DNA of 64,000 bases from a virus: IMG/VR virus record IMGVR_UViG_3300029267_006021; one strand, written 5' to 3'. Position numbers and translations under genes: made by a program. The notes under the pieces are model-generated. The model was not told where the DNA came from. It saw nothing but the letters and a program-made list of their open reading frames with translations, and did not search any database. Of the stretch, positions 1 to 8,571 are shown in pieces (the first letter of the stretch is position 1; the number at the start of each line of letters is the position of its first letter).

Positions 1-240
1 GTAAGTTATTAAAGCATTTGTCCCTTCTTCTGATTCTATTGCTTCTTGAACTTCATCTGAAGTTACTTTTTTGCCTTCTGAAACATAATCGTCTTCCTGA
101 TAGAGGAAATACCACTGATTGCCTCTTTTTACATATGTATGTGTACAAATAGGAGTATCAATAACAACCCAAGTTGTTTTGATTGGATCAAAATTTGCTA
201 GCTGTGCAGCAAGTTTTTTAAGTGCCTTGATTGTATTCAT
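1..240 (-). CDS. Hypothetical protein with LKKLA leader, 3'-truncated by the window edge
   Basis: Not in the ORF track. ATG at 240 is open to base 1 (MNTIKALKKLAAQLANFDPIKTTW...). A late-promoter variant lies at 276-288. Confidence 0.75.
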   Translation of the reverse strand, partial: MNTIKALKKLAAQLANFDPIKTTWVVIDTPICTHTYVKRGNQWYFLYQEDDYVSEGKKVTSDEVQEAIESEEGTNALITY

Positions 241-275
241 TTAGGGACCCTTAAAATTACTCATTTAAAATAAGT

Positions 276-288
276 ATTAATGAATTAT
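276..288 (-). promoter_or_regulatory. Putative phage late promoter variant (ATAATTCATTAAT)
   Basis: One mismatch to ATANTNNACTAAT, about 36 bp upstream of the ATG at 240. Confidence 0.5.
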
Positions 289-304
289 TAAAATAAAATC
301 ATGA

Positions 305-493
305 CTACACAGTTTCTTCTGGACCTATTTCTCTTTGCTCTTGAAAACCGCAATCAAAACATTGAATACCTAAAATCAAACAACCAAAGGATCTTTTGTT
401 ATCCCTGGTTCCTTTATACTCTCGAAAACGTATTGTGCTAACAAGTTTTGAATTGCATTTTGAACACTTAAACCCTTCTTTCTGTTTGGGCAT
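305..493 (-). CDS. Small zinc-ribbon protein
   Basis: CSKC...CFDCG pairs. Confidence 0.6.
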   Translation of the reverse strand: MPKQKEGFKCSKCNSKLVSTIRFREYKGTRDNKRSFGCLILGIQCFDCGFQEQREIGPEETV

Positions 494-495
494 CT

Positions 496-951
496 TTAAC
501 TTCCTTTGAAAGGTCGAATTGTTTTTGTTTGAGCGCGTGTTTTCTTCAGGCGTCTGCGTGCTCGAATTTCTTTGCGAATCATCATTAGACGGCCAAGTAT
601 CTGATTACAAGGAGCACACATCGTTCTGGTGTTATCTAAGTCACGTGAACCCATTTTTGCTTTGGGTTTGATATGGTCAACCGTGAATTCTATTAGTTTC
701 GCTGTCCAACTATCTACTCCATAGAGAATAAGAACATGGCCTTCATTTTCTTTGTGGTAGTTTAAGGAAAAGTAGGGCGCTTTCAAACCACACAGATGAC
801 ATTGTGTACCATTCTGCTTGAAAGATCTGAGTCTAAAAGAATTTCCTTTAACCTGTATGTTACCGATTTTAATCCATCTCACAGGGACCTGATCTAAGAT
901 CTCTTCGATCTCGTGATCTGAAATGTGTACTAGGTATTTTTTCTTGTTCAT
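496..951 (-). CDS. HNH endonuclease
   Basis: CHLCG...TVDHIKPKAKMG...N...MCAPCN. Confidence 0.85.
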   Translation of the reverse strand: MNKKKYLVHISDHEIEEILDQVPVRWIKIGNIQVKGNSFRLRSFKQNGTQCHLCGLKAPYFSLNYHKENEGHVLILYGVDSWTAKLIEFTVDHIKPKAKMGSRDLDNTRTMCAPCNQILGRLMMIRKEIRARRRLKKTRAQTKTIRPFKGS

Positions 952-955
952 ATAA

Positions 956-1028
956 CTCGGGAGGAAGGGTTTGAACCTTCAACCTTCCGGGTCAAAGCCG
1001 GACGTTCTGCCAATTGAACTACTCCCGA
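956..1028 (-). tRNA. tRNA-Gln (UUG)
   Basis: Acceptor TCGGGAG/CTCCCGA, anticodon arm TCCGG-CTTTGAC-CCGGA, T arm GAAGG-TTCAAAC-CCTTC. No encoded CCA. Confidence 0.93.
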
Positions 1029-1090
1029 TCATCTTCTTTAGGAATCTCGCGATATTTAAGATTAAGTTAGGACACCAGACTTACGCCTCG

Positions 1091-1230
1091 TCACCTAGGC
1101 AACTTCAAGAGAAGTTTGCTTTTGTTTGTTAGCAACATAAGCTACTAACTCACTCATCTTAACCCCACTTCTTTCAAAGTCAGGTAGCCTTATTCTCTTT
1201 GGGTTAGACGTAAACCCACTAGACAGTCGA
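1091..1230 (-). ncRNA. Putative omegaRNA scaffold overlapping the tnpB 3' end (copy 1)
   Basis: The last ~140 nt are strongly conserved at DNA level with 6440-6570, including the AACTTC-TCTT-GAAGTT hairpin and terminal TAGGTGAC. Boundaries approximate. Confidence 0.55.
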
Positions 1231-2471
1231 GCAATGGCAAATTTGCCATTGCTTCCCTGCTTACTTTTGATTGCTATGTTAGCAGCCCCATTCACATCAG
1301 CATTGATTAGAGTGCCTTTAGAGGTCCCGAACAAACCTCTATGAATACGTTTACCTAGATAAGTAGTGTGTTTCTCTGGGTACTCTTCATCTAAGAAACT
1401 ACACTTGGATGTGTAAGACTCATCTTGAAAAATTAGTTCTAGACCATAGATTTGGCACTTGTGTTTAAGTTTTTGTTTGAAATTGGCGAATGGTATTTGT
1501 ACAAAGTTTTGATTGTTGATCTTACCTAGTTTGATACTTTGTTTGATCTCACTAGACCAGTCACCAATGATGATAGTGCCTATATCCTTTTGAGCACAAT
1601 ACTTGATAATATAGGAGACCATTTGATTTAGATAGTTATTAATTTGATTCTTACGTTGTTGTGTTAGTCTGATTAGTCTTTTTGAACTCTTTTCTAGTTC
1701 AACTCCTTTCTTCTTTAAAGAGTTCTTGTGCTTGATGTAAACAGTCTTTAACTTTGCGGTTTGTTTGTTCCACCATCTGTTGATTGATTTGAGTTCTCGC
1801 CCATCCAGAATAAACGAACGTCCAGATTGGCAATCCAAACAAGTGGCAAAGTTATCAAGACCACAATCTATACTTAAGAGATTTGATTTATCTAAGTTAA
1901 GATTAGTTTTTGATTCGTCATGTTCGTAAGTGATCGCTAGTTCAAAGTATTGAGCGTTGTTGTGTTGAATTATAGCTACTTGTTTGATTTTGCCTTTAAA
2001 TTGTTTTTTAAATGAAATCTTGATCTTGTAGTTAGTTTTTAGGTTATTTTCTCTACAGACTTGTTTTGATGGGTGAAAATAGAAATAAGTATCTGTAAAA
2101 TTGAAACTCTTCGGTGACAGATAGATATGATAATAACCATCTTTTGGAAGATAATGTGGCATTTTGACTTTACAGTGATAGTCACCTGATTTTTGTTTCT
2201 TCTTTAAAGCGAAGAATGATCTAAAAGCCCAATCTATTCGAAGTTGGATGTGTGCTGCAACATCTGATTTCATCCTTTGTGTTTCTGGTAGTTGTTTTAC
2301 TAAATTATGGCGAGCGTACATACCTAAGAACTCACCATTATTAAAGAAATGTTGTCGCGTTATATAAAGAACTGAATTATAAAAATTTTTAGAATCTTTA
2401 CACATTTGTTTAAGAAATAGATAGTCCTGTTTTGATAATTTCCTAATCTGAATTTTTTGTGTAAGTATCAT
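1095..2471 (-). CDS. tnpB: RNA-guided endonuclease TnpB (IS200/IS605/IS607-type)
   Basis: RuvC-I SIDCGLDN, DESYTSKCS, RuvC-III NADVNGAANI. No tnpA nearby. Confidence 0.92.
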   Translation of the reverse strand: MILTQKIQIRKLSKQDYLFLKQMCKDSKNFYNSVLYITRQHFFNNGEFLGMYARHNLVKQLPETQRMKSDVAAHIQLRIDWAFRSFFALKKKQKSGDYHCKVKMPHYLPKDGYYHIYLSPKSFNFTDTYFYFHPSKQVCRENNLKTNYKIKISFKKQFKGKIKQVAIIQHNNAQYFELAITYEHDESKTNLNLDKSNLLSIDCGLDNFATCLDCQSGRSFILDGRELKSINRWWNKQTAKLKTVYIKHKNSLKKKGVELEKSSKRLIRLTQQRKNQINNYLNQMVSYIIKYCAQKDIGTIIIGDWSSEIKQSIKLGKINNQNFVQIPFANFKQKLKHKCQIYGLELIFQDESYTSKCSFLDEEYPEKHTTYLGKRIHRGLFGTSKGTLINADVNGAANIAIKSKQGSNGKFAIARLSSGFTSNPKRIRLPDFERSGVKMSELVAYVANKQKQTSLEVA

Positions 2472-2501
2472 ATCGATTATAATCGATAATTAGTAGAGTA
2501 T
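2471..2501 (-). promoter_or_regulatory. Late-promoter motif ATACTCTACTAAT (2489-2501) plus 18-bp perfect palindrome TATCGATTATAATCGATA (2471-2488)
   Basis: Read directly between tRNA-Glu and the tnpB start codon. Confidence 0.65.
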
Positions 2502-2504
2502 TAA

Positions 2505-2577
2505 TGCTCCAGGAGGGATTCGAACCCTCTTCTTCGGATCGAAAGTCCGAGATTTTATCCGATTAAACTACTGGAGC
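2505..2577 (-). tRNA. tRNA-Glu (UUC)
   Basis: Acceptor GCTCCAG/CTGGAGC, anticodon arm TCGGA-CTTTCGA-TCCGA, T arm GAGGG-TTCGAAT-CCCTC. Confidence 0.9.
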
Positions 2578-2579
2578 AT

Positions 2580-2936
2580 TCATAAAAATGGCTCCTCATC
2601 ATCTAACTCTTCTATTTGTATTCCGCCTTCTCTTAACCATTTGGCAACTATGTGTCTGTGACAAAATTTATCCTTACCTTCATAACACAACAAAATAGCA
2701 TCATTTCCTAGATCTTTAAGTACTTTTGTCGGCACAAAATTACGTTTTTTTATACATTCTAAATAGAGTTTTGTATACTCTTGTTCATTAATTTTACCTG
2801 ATTTTAGATCTTTGACTAACTGCATTGGTGGCCCAAGAAGAGGATAGTACTTACCTTTAAACCATTTTGGTTTTCCAGAAGTAATCGCGACTGCATTTGG
2901 ATTATTTTTACTTTTAGCGAAGTATGATGTTTTCAT
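2580..2936 (-). CDS. DUF488 family protein
   Basis: MKTSYF start and LLCYE..FCHRHIVAKWL signature. Confidence 0.85.
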   Translation of the reverse strand: MKTSYFAKSKNNPNAVAITSGKPKWFKGKYYPLLGPPMQLVKDLKSGKINEQEYTKLYLECIKKRNFVPTKVLKDLGNDAILLCYEGKDKFCHRHIVAKWLREGGIQIEELDDEEPFL

Positions 2937-3145
2937 TTGATCTCGATTTCTACGACTCTTTTAATTGCTTTAATTTCTAATTCTTCAGCCCGAAAAACAC
3001 GGTAATTTTCTAGCGTCCGGCTCTTGTCTTGCTCTAAACGATTTTTAATCCATCTGGAAGCAGCCTCTACATCCCCAAATTCTTTGATACCTTCACCATC
3101 ATCATCCGCATAACCATCTGAATAATGAAGCAGGATGGTACTCAT
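2933..3145 (-). CDS. Hypothetical protein
   Basis: AAGGA RBS, upstream TGTATAAT -10 box near 3170, ATGA-coupled to DUF488. Confidence 0.7.
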   Translation of the reverse strand: MSTILLHYSDGYADDDGEGIKEFGDVEAASRWIKNRLEQDKSRTLENYRVFRAEELEIKAIKRVVEIEIK

Positions 3146-3193
3146 TTTATTTCCTTAAAAAGATGTTGATTATACAATTATTATTTTTACATT

Positions 3194-3225
3194 AAACAAG
3201 ACCAGTAAACAAACTGGTCTTGTTT
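3194..3225. terminator. Intrinsic terminator hairpin
   Basis: AAACAAGACCAGT-aaacaa-ACTGGTCTTGTTT just downstream of the 3243..3671 gene. Confidence 0.75.
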
Positions 3226-3242
3226 GAATTTTATGTTATTAT

Positions 3243-3671
3243 TTAGAGTAGTGAATCCGAAATGATTTGCAATTTGTCTATAATATCTTGAGCGCCTTCC
3301 TTCGGATGGATAAACCACTCTCCCGATTTAAGTTTAGCGATGAGATCAGTTAAAGTTATATTTTTGGTGTTATCGTTCATGTCAGCAAACTCTATCTCTA
3401 TACTCTCACCATTGTCAGTATATCCATAAGCATCTGTATCAAAATGAGCAAAATATCCAGATTCGTAAATAGCCTGATTTGGATCACCCTCCTCTTTTAA
3501 CGCTTCTTGAAAATCGAGATCCTCAAATGTGCCTTTATCAACAAAACTTATGCCTGCAGGAGAACCGATTAGTTCTGCCAGATCGTTAATTAAGTCTGCT
3601 TTTTTTAGTATTTTAAGATCGTTAGCTAACTTTTTGAGTTGCTCTACGTCTGCTTTTCTGATTGGGTTCAT
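3243..3671 (-). CDS. Acidic protein with LKKLA leader (putative internal virion protein)
   Basis: MNPIRKADVEQLKKLANDL. TAGTTTGGAG stop/RBS junction. Confidence 0.7.
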   Translation of the reverse strand: MNPIRKADVEQLKKLANDLKILKKADLINDLAELIGSPAGISFVDKGTFEDLDFQEALKEEGDPNQAIYESGYFAHFDTDAYGYTDNGESIEIEFADMNDNTKNITLTDLIAKLKSGEWFIHPKEGAQDIIDKLQIISDSLL

Positions 3672-3689
3672 TTTTTTTCTCCAAACTAA

Positions 3690-4505
3690 CTACTCATGGG
3701 GACTTTCAGTAAAAATTTCTGATTCGCGTTCTTTATTAAAAGTTATTATTGGTAAACTTAATTCTGATCTACGTATCTTATTAATCTCTCGAGATAAATT
3801 AGGAGAAACTTTATCCCAAAAATCTGCAGGTGTTTTAGCATTAAACTTTGCATTTAATGCTTCCCAACTAGTCTCCTCCATATTAATATACTCAAGTAAA
3901 GTCTCTTTATTATGATGCACCAAGCCTAAAACCCTATCAATTGCCGAGATCTTTGCGTCTAAATTTGAACCAAGCAGTTTGGGCTTATTTTGTTTAAACA
4001 TATCCCAGGATCTTTTCCATTGTCCTTTATTTTGTTGACCTCTAAAAAAAGGCTTTACATCATCTCTCTTATCCAAAACTTCATATAATTCATCGATTTC
4101 ACTAAACGAAAGATCCAAACTATTCAAATCCAAATCACCACAACCTACAAATTTACTAAGGTCAACATCTTCGGGTTGTTCATAAAGAGGCTTTTCAGAA
4201 TTATAGAGCCTAACTCCAGCTTCTTTGTAGAGTTTTTGGTATAATGAAACACTGCCCCCTAGATCTTCCCAATACTCTAAACTTGGAACTCCATCTCCAC
4301 CTATAAAAGATCTAACTGGATGATGTTGAAAAGTATATAAAAAAACGTCATAAATCTTAAGTGCAAAAGAATTAATTTCAGGCTCGAAGTATTCTTGTGT
4401 AAGGCTGCCTGAGATGGCATAAAAATCATAGATATCCTGATTGGTAATTTTCCCACTAGACACCAAAAGATTCGCTAAACGATAAAGAAGAGAAATTGTT
4501 TTCAT
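3690..4505 (-). CDS. Hypothetical protein (leader LYRLANLL)
   Basis: Long ORF. ATG at 4505 with GGAAGGGA RBS preferred over the TTG at 4517. Confidence 0.75.
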   Translation of the reverse strand: MKTISLLYRLANLLVSSGKITNQDIYDFYAISGSLTQEYFEPEINSFALKIYDVFLYTFQHHPVRSFIGGDGVPSLEYWEDLGGSVSLYQKLYKEAGVRLYNSEKPLYEQPEDVDLSKFVGCGDLDLNSLDLSFSEIDELYEVLDKRDDVKPFFRGQQNKGQWKRSWDMFKQNKPKLLGSNLDAKISAIDRVLGLVHHNKETLLEYINMEETSWEALNAKFNAKTPADFWDKVSPNLSREINKIRRSELSLPIITFNKERESEIFTESPHE

Positions 4506-4518
4506 TTTCCCTTCCAAA

Positions 4519-4683
4519 CTATCTTAAGCGGCGTCCAAGACCCCTACCCTGGCCAAGACCTCTCCCATAACCATAACCCCGACCTGGACCATAACTAGGG
4601 CCTCTCCTTCTAACGCATGGGCCTAAACCACGTCCTGTTCCTGGGCCTGTTCCTCGCGGGCCTGTACGATCTCTTGCTGGCAT
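4519..4683 (-). CDS. DUF5320-like Gly/Arg-rich small protein (54 aa)
   Basis: Not in the ORF track. MPARDRTGPRGTGPGTGRGLGPCVRRRGPSYGPGRGYGYGRGLGQGRGLGRRLR with AGGAGG RBS. Confidence 0.8.
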   Translation of the reverse strand: MPARDRTGPRGTGPGTGRGLGPCVRRRGPSYGPGRGYGYGRGLGQGRGLGRRLR

Positions 4684-4717
4684 TTTGACCTCCTATTTAA
4701 GTGTTTAATAAAAGATT

Positions 4718-4730
4718 ATTAGTAAATTAT
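4718..4730 (-). promoter_or_regulatory. Putative phage late promoter ATAATTTACTAAT
   Basis: Consensus copy about 35 bp upstream of the DUF5320-like ATG. Confidence 0.65.
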
Positions 4731-4868
4731 AGAATGAAAGGTATTTCTAAGTTTTGTTTTGCTTTCTCTAAAGCTTGGTCTAGATTCTTTGATTTCCAGG
4801 GCATTGTATTGCCGAAAGCCTCTCTTAACTTTGATTTTATAAACTTTTCGTTTTCATGAGGTTTTGAA
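4727..4868 (-). pseudogene. Displaced C-terminal fragment of the 6557..8554 endonuclease gene
   Basis: Start-less frame SKPHENEKFIKSKLREAF...EIPFIL* that joins in frame to VVRYD when the tnpB element is removed. Confidence 0.6.
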
Positions 4869-5100
4869 CCTCTTGTGAGTCTCCTTGGTATCCTTAACCT
4901 TTGTCATTGAATTCTCCTCCAAAAATAGGAAACATTACAAAACTAACTTTTCTATTATACAAAATGAATACTTAAAAGTTTATTTATTTATCACTTTTTT
5001 ATTAATTAAGACGGGCTTCAGAAATTTCTAAGATCTGGAAATTAGTTTCTACTTTAATTATACAAAATGAATACTAAAAGTTAATATAATTAACGTTCTA

Positions 5101-5113
5101 ATAATTTACTAAT
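5101..5113 (+). promoter_or_regulatory. Putative phage late promoter ATAATTTACTAAT
   Basis: Perfect consensus copy about 38 bp upstream of the tnpB ATG at 5152. Confidence 0.65.
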
Positions 5114-5151
5114 TGGTTCTTATTTATGAATTAATAAAAGAGATAAAAATA

Positions 5152-6564
5152 ATGTATCTTGCACTTAAATCACAGATCAGAAAACTTAGTAAACAAGACT
5201 ACCTCATCATCAAACAAATGTGTAGAGATTCAAAAGATCTCTACAACAAATCTTTATACGAAGTCAGACAACACTTCTTTAAAACAAGTGGTCATCTCAC
5301 CTACTTCTCAAGATACAAACAGATGAAAAATCTTTCGTCTGTTAAGAGAATGAAGTCAGACTTTAGCATGCATGTACAACAAAGAGTTGATTTTGCCTTC
5401 AAATCATTCCTTGCTCTTGATAAAATGGCAAGAAATGGTGAGTATGATAAGGAAAAAGTAAATATACCACACTATCTACCCAAAGATGGTTATTATAACT
5501 TGTTTATGTCTCCGAAAAGTATTGGTTTTGATAGTGAGTATTTCTATTTTCACCCTACAAGTTATATCTGTAAAGATCTTCTATTGTCTCAGAAATACAA
5601 GATCAAAATACCTTTCACCAAAAAAATAGAAGGTATAATCAAAGAAGTTCAGATCATACCTAAAAATAATGCTCGTTACTTCGAACTCTTAATCACCTAT
5701 GAATATGATGAATCTAAAACTAATCTTAAACTAAATAAAGATAATCTTCTAAGTATCGATCTTGGGCTAGATAACCTTGCCACTTGTCTTGATCTACAGT
5801 CTGGGCGATCATTTATTCTGGATGGTCGAAAACTCAAATCACTTAACAGATGGTGGAACAAAGAGGTGGCAAGGTTAAGAGGCATCTATGAAAAACAAAA
5901 GAATAGTCAAAAGAAGAAAGGAGAGAAAGTTCAGAAAAGTTCTAAACAACTTGATCGGTTGAGTAAGTGGAGAAAGGGCCAGATAGGTAATGCTCTCAAC
6001 CAAATGGTGGCTCATGTTATCAAGTACTGTGCAAGTCATAACATAGGTACTATTGTCATAGGTGACTGGAAAGGCATTAAAGATGGTATTCAGATGAGAC
6101 ATGAAACTAAACAAAACTTTGTCCAGTTACCCTACAACTTGTTCAAACAGAAACTCTACTCCAAATGTCAAATGTTTGGACTTGGCTGTGAGTTTCAAGA
6201 AGAGAGTTATACTTCTAAGTGTAGCTTTCTTGAGCAAGAAAAGATCTGTAAACACAAGAAATATATGGGCAAGAGAATTTATAGAGGCTTGTTCAGAACC
6301 TCTAAAGGCATTCACATCAACTCAGATGTGAATGGTGCAGGTAACATAGGTGTCAAGTTCTTGTTAAATCAAAAACAAAGTCAAGATCTAAAACAACGTA
6401 TGCGAGGAGATCGGGTCATTGATCCGATTGAACTGAGTAGTGGGCTTGCGCTTAGCCCAAAGAGAATAAGGCTACCTGACTTTGAAAAGAGCCAGGTTAA
6501 GATGAGTGAGTTAGTGGCTTTGGTTGCTAATGAACAAAAGCAAACTTCTCTTGAAGTTACTTAG
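5152..6564 (+). CDS. tnpB: RNA-guided endonuclease TnpB
   Basis: SIDLGLDN, EESYTSKCS, NSDVNGAGNI. Clear paralog of 1095..2471. Start set at MYLALK by alignment to copy 1. Confidence 0.92.
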   Translation: MYLALKSQIRKLSKQDYLIIKQMCRDSKDLYNKSLYEVRQHFFKTSGHLTYFSRYKQMKNLSSVKRMKSDFSMHVQQRVDFAFKSFLALDKMARNGEYDKEKVNIPHYLPKDGYYNLFMSPKSIGFDSEYFYFHPTSYICKDLLLSQKYKIKIPFTKKIEGIIKEVQIIPKNNARYFELLITYEYDESKTNLKLNKDNLLSIDLGLDNLATCLDLQSGRSFILDGRKLKSLNRWWNKEVARLRGIYEKQKNSQKKKGEKVQKSSKQLDRLSKWRKGQIGNALNQMVAHVIKYCASHNIGTIVIGDWKGIKDGIQMRHETKQNFVQLPYNLFKQKLYSKCQMFGLGCEFQEESYTSKCSFLEQEKICKHKKYMGKRIYRGLFRTSKGIHINSDVNGAGNIGVKFLLNQKQSQDLKQRMRGDRVIDPIELSSGLALSPKRIRLPDFEKSQVKMSELVALVANEQKQTSLEVT

Positions 6565-8554
6565 GTGACATGGCGTCATATCTAACAACTAAAAAGAAGT
6601 AATCTCCATTGATTGCCAATTCTCTTTTAAGATAGTCTCTTTTCTGTGCCTCTTTAAAATGAATAATGTTTTTATGTATGTGATTTGGGAAGACAAAATG
6701 GTGATAGCCGTGATACTCTACAATTAAATTTAATGTTTGAAGATAACCATCATACAGAAACTTGCGACCTGTTTCTGGATTTCGAATTTCATTAAAAGAT
6801 TTTTCCTCTTTATAGGGCTGTCCAGTTATTTTAGAGATTAGTTCGAGGATCTGATGTTGTGTGACAAGATAACGTTTAGGTTTCAAACCTAAATGCTCCA
6901 TTTCCCTTCTAATAATTGGGCAGCAGAGGTTTAAACCTTTAATTGCCTTCGGAACGAAAACATCTCCCTTCTCATCGAGATAGGGCTTGAAATCTTCAAG
7001 ATTGAGGGTGATTAGTTTACTTGGAGGTCCTACCCAATTAGGGTCTGATTTCGTTTCAATTATTTTTTGAGTTCTCTTATATATGCGTAGATCATCAAAT
7101 TTAGTTAAACCCTTGCACCAGGAAGTTTGGCCTTGACGACCTTTAGAGGTTTTCTCTATGCGTGGATCAGTCTCTTTTGTTAATCCTTTAGACCAGCCAC
7201 CACTTTTCTTTTGTTTCTTTCGTATTTTAGATGAGACAAAATAAGAACCAGGGAACATTTTGCAGTAGTCTATTGTGGACATTTTATGTGTTTTAGTGAT
7301 ATGTGTGGCTAAGAATTGGCTTTTAAAATTACAATCGGATAGTTTACAATAGAGGTTACCATCTTTATCTTCCTCTCTAGAAATGCAATCATAACAAATG
7401 TTACCTAAAAGAAAATTTGGATCTTTTTGTTCTTGGCAAATAATGCAAAAATTAGCCTCTTCACATAAAATCTGTTGATCTGCTCTACGTTGTTTCACCT
7501 CCTCTAAACGATGATCAATTATTGCACAATTAGGCAGCTTTCGTTCGATATAGTGTTTAGAATGGTACAGAGATTCATAATCTTCTGTGGTTAAATTATG
7601 GTTGAAGCGTAGGTGATCTTTAAGATTGTTTTTCGTTCTAAATGGAAATCCTGATTTAGTTGTACATCCTGGAACCTTGCATTCTACATAATCTATGCCT
7701 TCTTTTTTATCTTTCCATTCTGCAAGATATTCCTCTTTAGCTATTACTTTTTTGCACTGTGAGCATAATAAAAAATGCTGAGTAGATGATTGATAAAGAG
7801 AAATCTCAAAAGACTTCTGACATCTTTCGCAAATGCCAGTCTTTGTTTTATCGTAGAAATCTGGGGGTCTGGAAGCACTGTCCTTCTGTATAGACTCTAT
7901 GCGTTTTTCTTCCGTTTTTATAGCGATTGTTGGCGAATTATACTTAGAGGTGTAGTCTGAAATTGATATCTTGTGTACACTGGGTAAGTGGCGTCGTAGA
8001 GTCGTCATTCGGTATTCCGAAAAGTGCTTGCCTTCCCTCTTGCATATCTGACACTCTACATAGTCTATGTTAATGCGTTTATCTTCCCATTTCTTAGATT
8101 CTTCTTGATTAAAATAATCTAAATGGGCTTGATCATTCTTTTTAAAAGCCATTCTTTTGATATGATTTGTGAGACCCTTAACATCTCGCACTCTAAGATT
8201 ACATACTGGGCAGAATATCTGTTCTTGTGATTTGTAATCTCTCTTTGATTTACATTTTGGGCATAGAACTTGTTTGAATCTTTTCATCTGAGATAAAGCA
8301 GATACAGTAGTAGAGAAAGTTTGATTACAGATCTGGCAGATGGTTGTTGTTTGTTTAGATGTTTTTTTCTTGCTGTGTTTCTTTCTCCTGGCATCTACAT
8401 CTTCCTTTGGGTATTCTTTTTTAAAGAGAGATGTGACTACACTTATTTCGAGATCAAATTGTTCGGCTACTTTTCCTGCTGAGAGATCTGAGCGAAATAA
8501 ATCTTTGATCGTCTGGTATTCTTCTTTGGTGAGACGGTTAATTGAGTAGCGCAT
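6557..8554 (-). CDS. Multi-zinc-finger protein with C-terminal PD-(D/E)XK-type endonuclease (free-standing homing endonuclease-like), 3' end interrupted
   Basis: Many CxxC/C2H2 fingers, WSKGLTKETDPRI NUMOD-like repeats, LYDGY...IVEYHGYHH...RDYLK nuclease motif. Confidence 0.75.
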   Translation of the reverse strand: MRYSINRLTKEEYQTIKDLFRSDLSAGKVAEQFDLEISVVTSLFKKEYPKEDVDARRKKHSKKKTSKQTTTICQICNQTFSTTVSALSQMKRFKQVLCPKCKSKRDYKSQEQIFCPVCNLRVRDVKGLTNHIKRMAFKKNDQAHLDYFNQEESKKWEDKRINIDYVECQICKREGKHFSEYRMTTLRRHLPSVHKISISDYTSKYNSPTIAIKTEEKRIESIQKDSASRPPDFYDKTKTGICERCQKSFEISLYQSSTQHFLLCSQCKKVIAKEEYLAEWKDKKEGIDYVECKVPGCTTKSGFPFRTKNNLKDHLRFNHNLTTEDYESLYHSKHYIERKLPNCAIIDHRLEEVKQRRADQQILCEEANFCIICQEQKDPNFLLGNICYDCISREEDKDGNLYCKLSDCNFKSQFLATHITKTHKMSTIDYCKMFPGSYFVSSKIRKKQKKSGGWSKGLTKETDPRIEKTSKGRQGQTSWCKGLTKFDDLRIYKRTQKIIETKSDPNWVGPPSKLITLNLEDFKPYLDEKGDVFVPKAIKGLNLCCPIIRREMEHLGLKPKRYLVTQHQILELISKITGQPYKEEKSFNEIRNPETGRKFLYDGYLQTLNLIVEYHGYHHFVFPNHIHKNIIHFKEAQKRDYLKRELAINGDYFFLVVRYDAMSPK

Positions 8555-8571
8555 GTTGACTCCTAATTTAA

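Larger units (their letters stand above)
4869..6569 (+). mobile_element. Non-autonomous tnpB-only insertion sequence
   Basis: Preceded by TTGAA and ends at TAGGTGAC (shared with copy 1). Removal restores an open frame. Contains ~26-bp direct repeats at 4954-4980 and 5057-5082. Confidence 0.6.

Noticed and set aside
4854-4907. 17-codon ORF MTKVKDTKETHKRFKTS with GGAGG RBS as a tnpA remnant
   Set aside because: Too short and shows no HUH or serine-recombinase motif, so it cannot be assigned.
1029-6600. TnpB-like proteins as Cas12f/type V CRISPR effectors
   Set aside because: No repeat-spacer array is visible near either gene. The 4954/5057 repeats are only two copies containing a TGTATAAT box, and the conserved 3' ends fit omegaRNA/IS ends.
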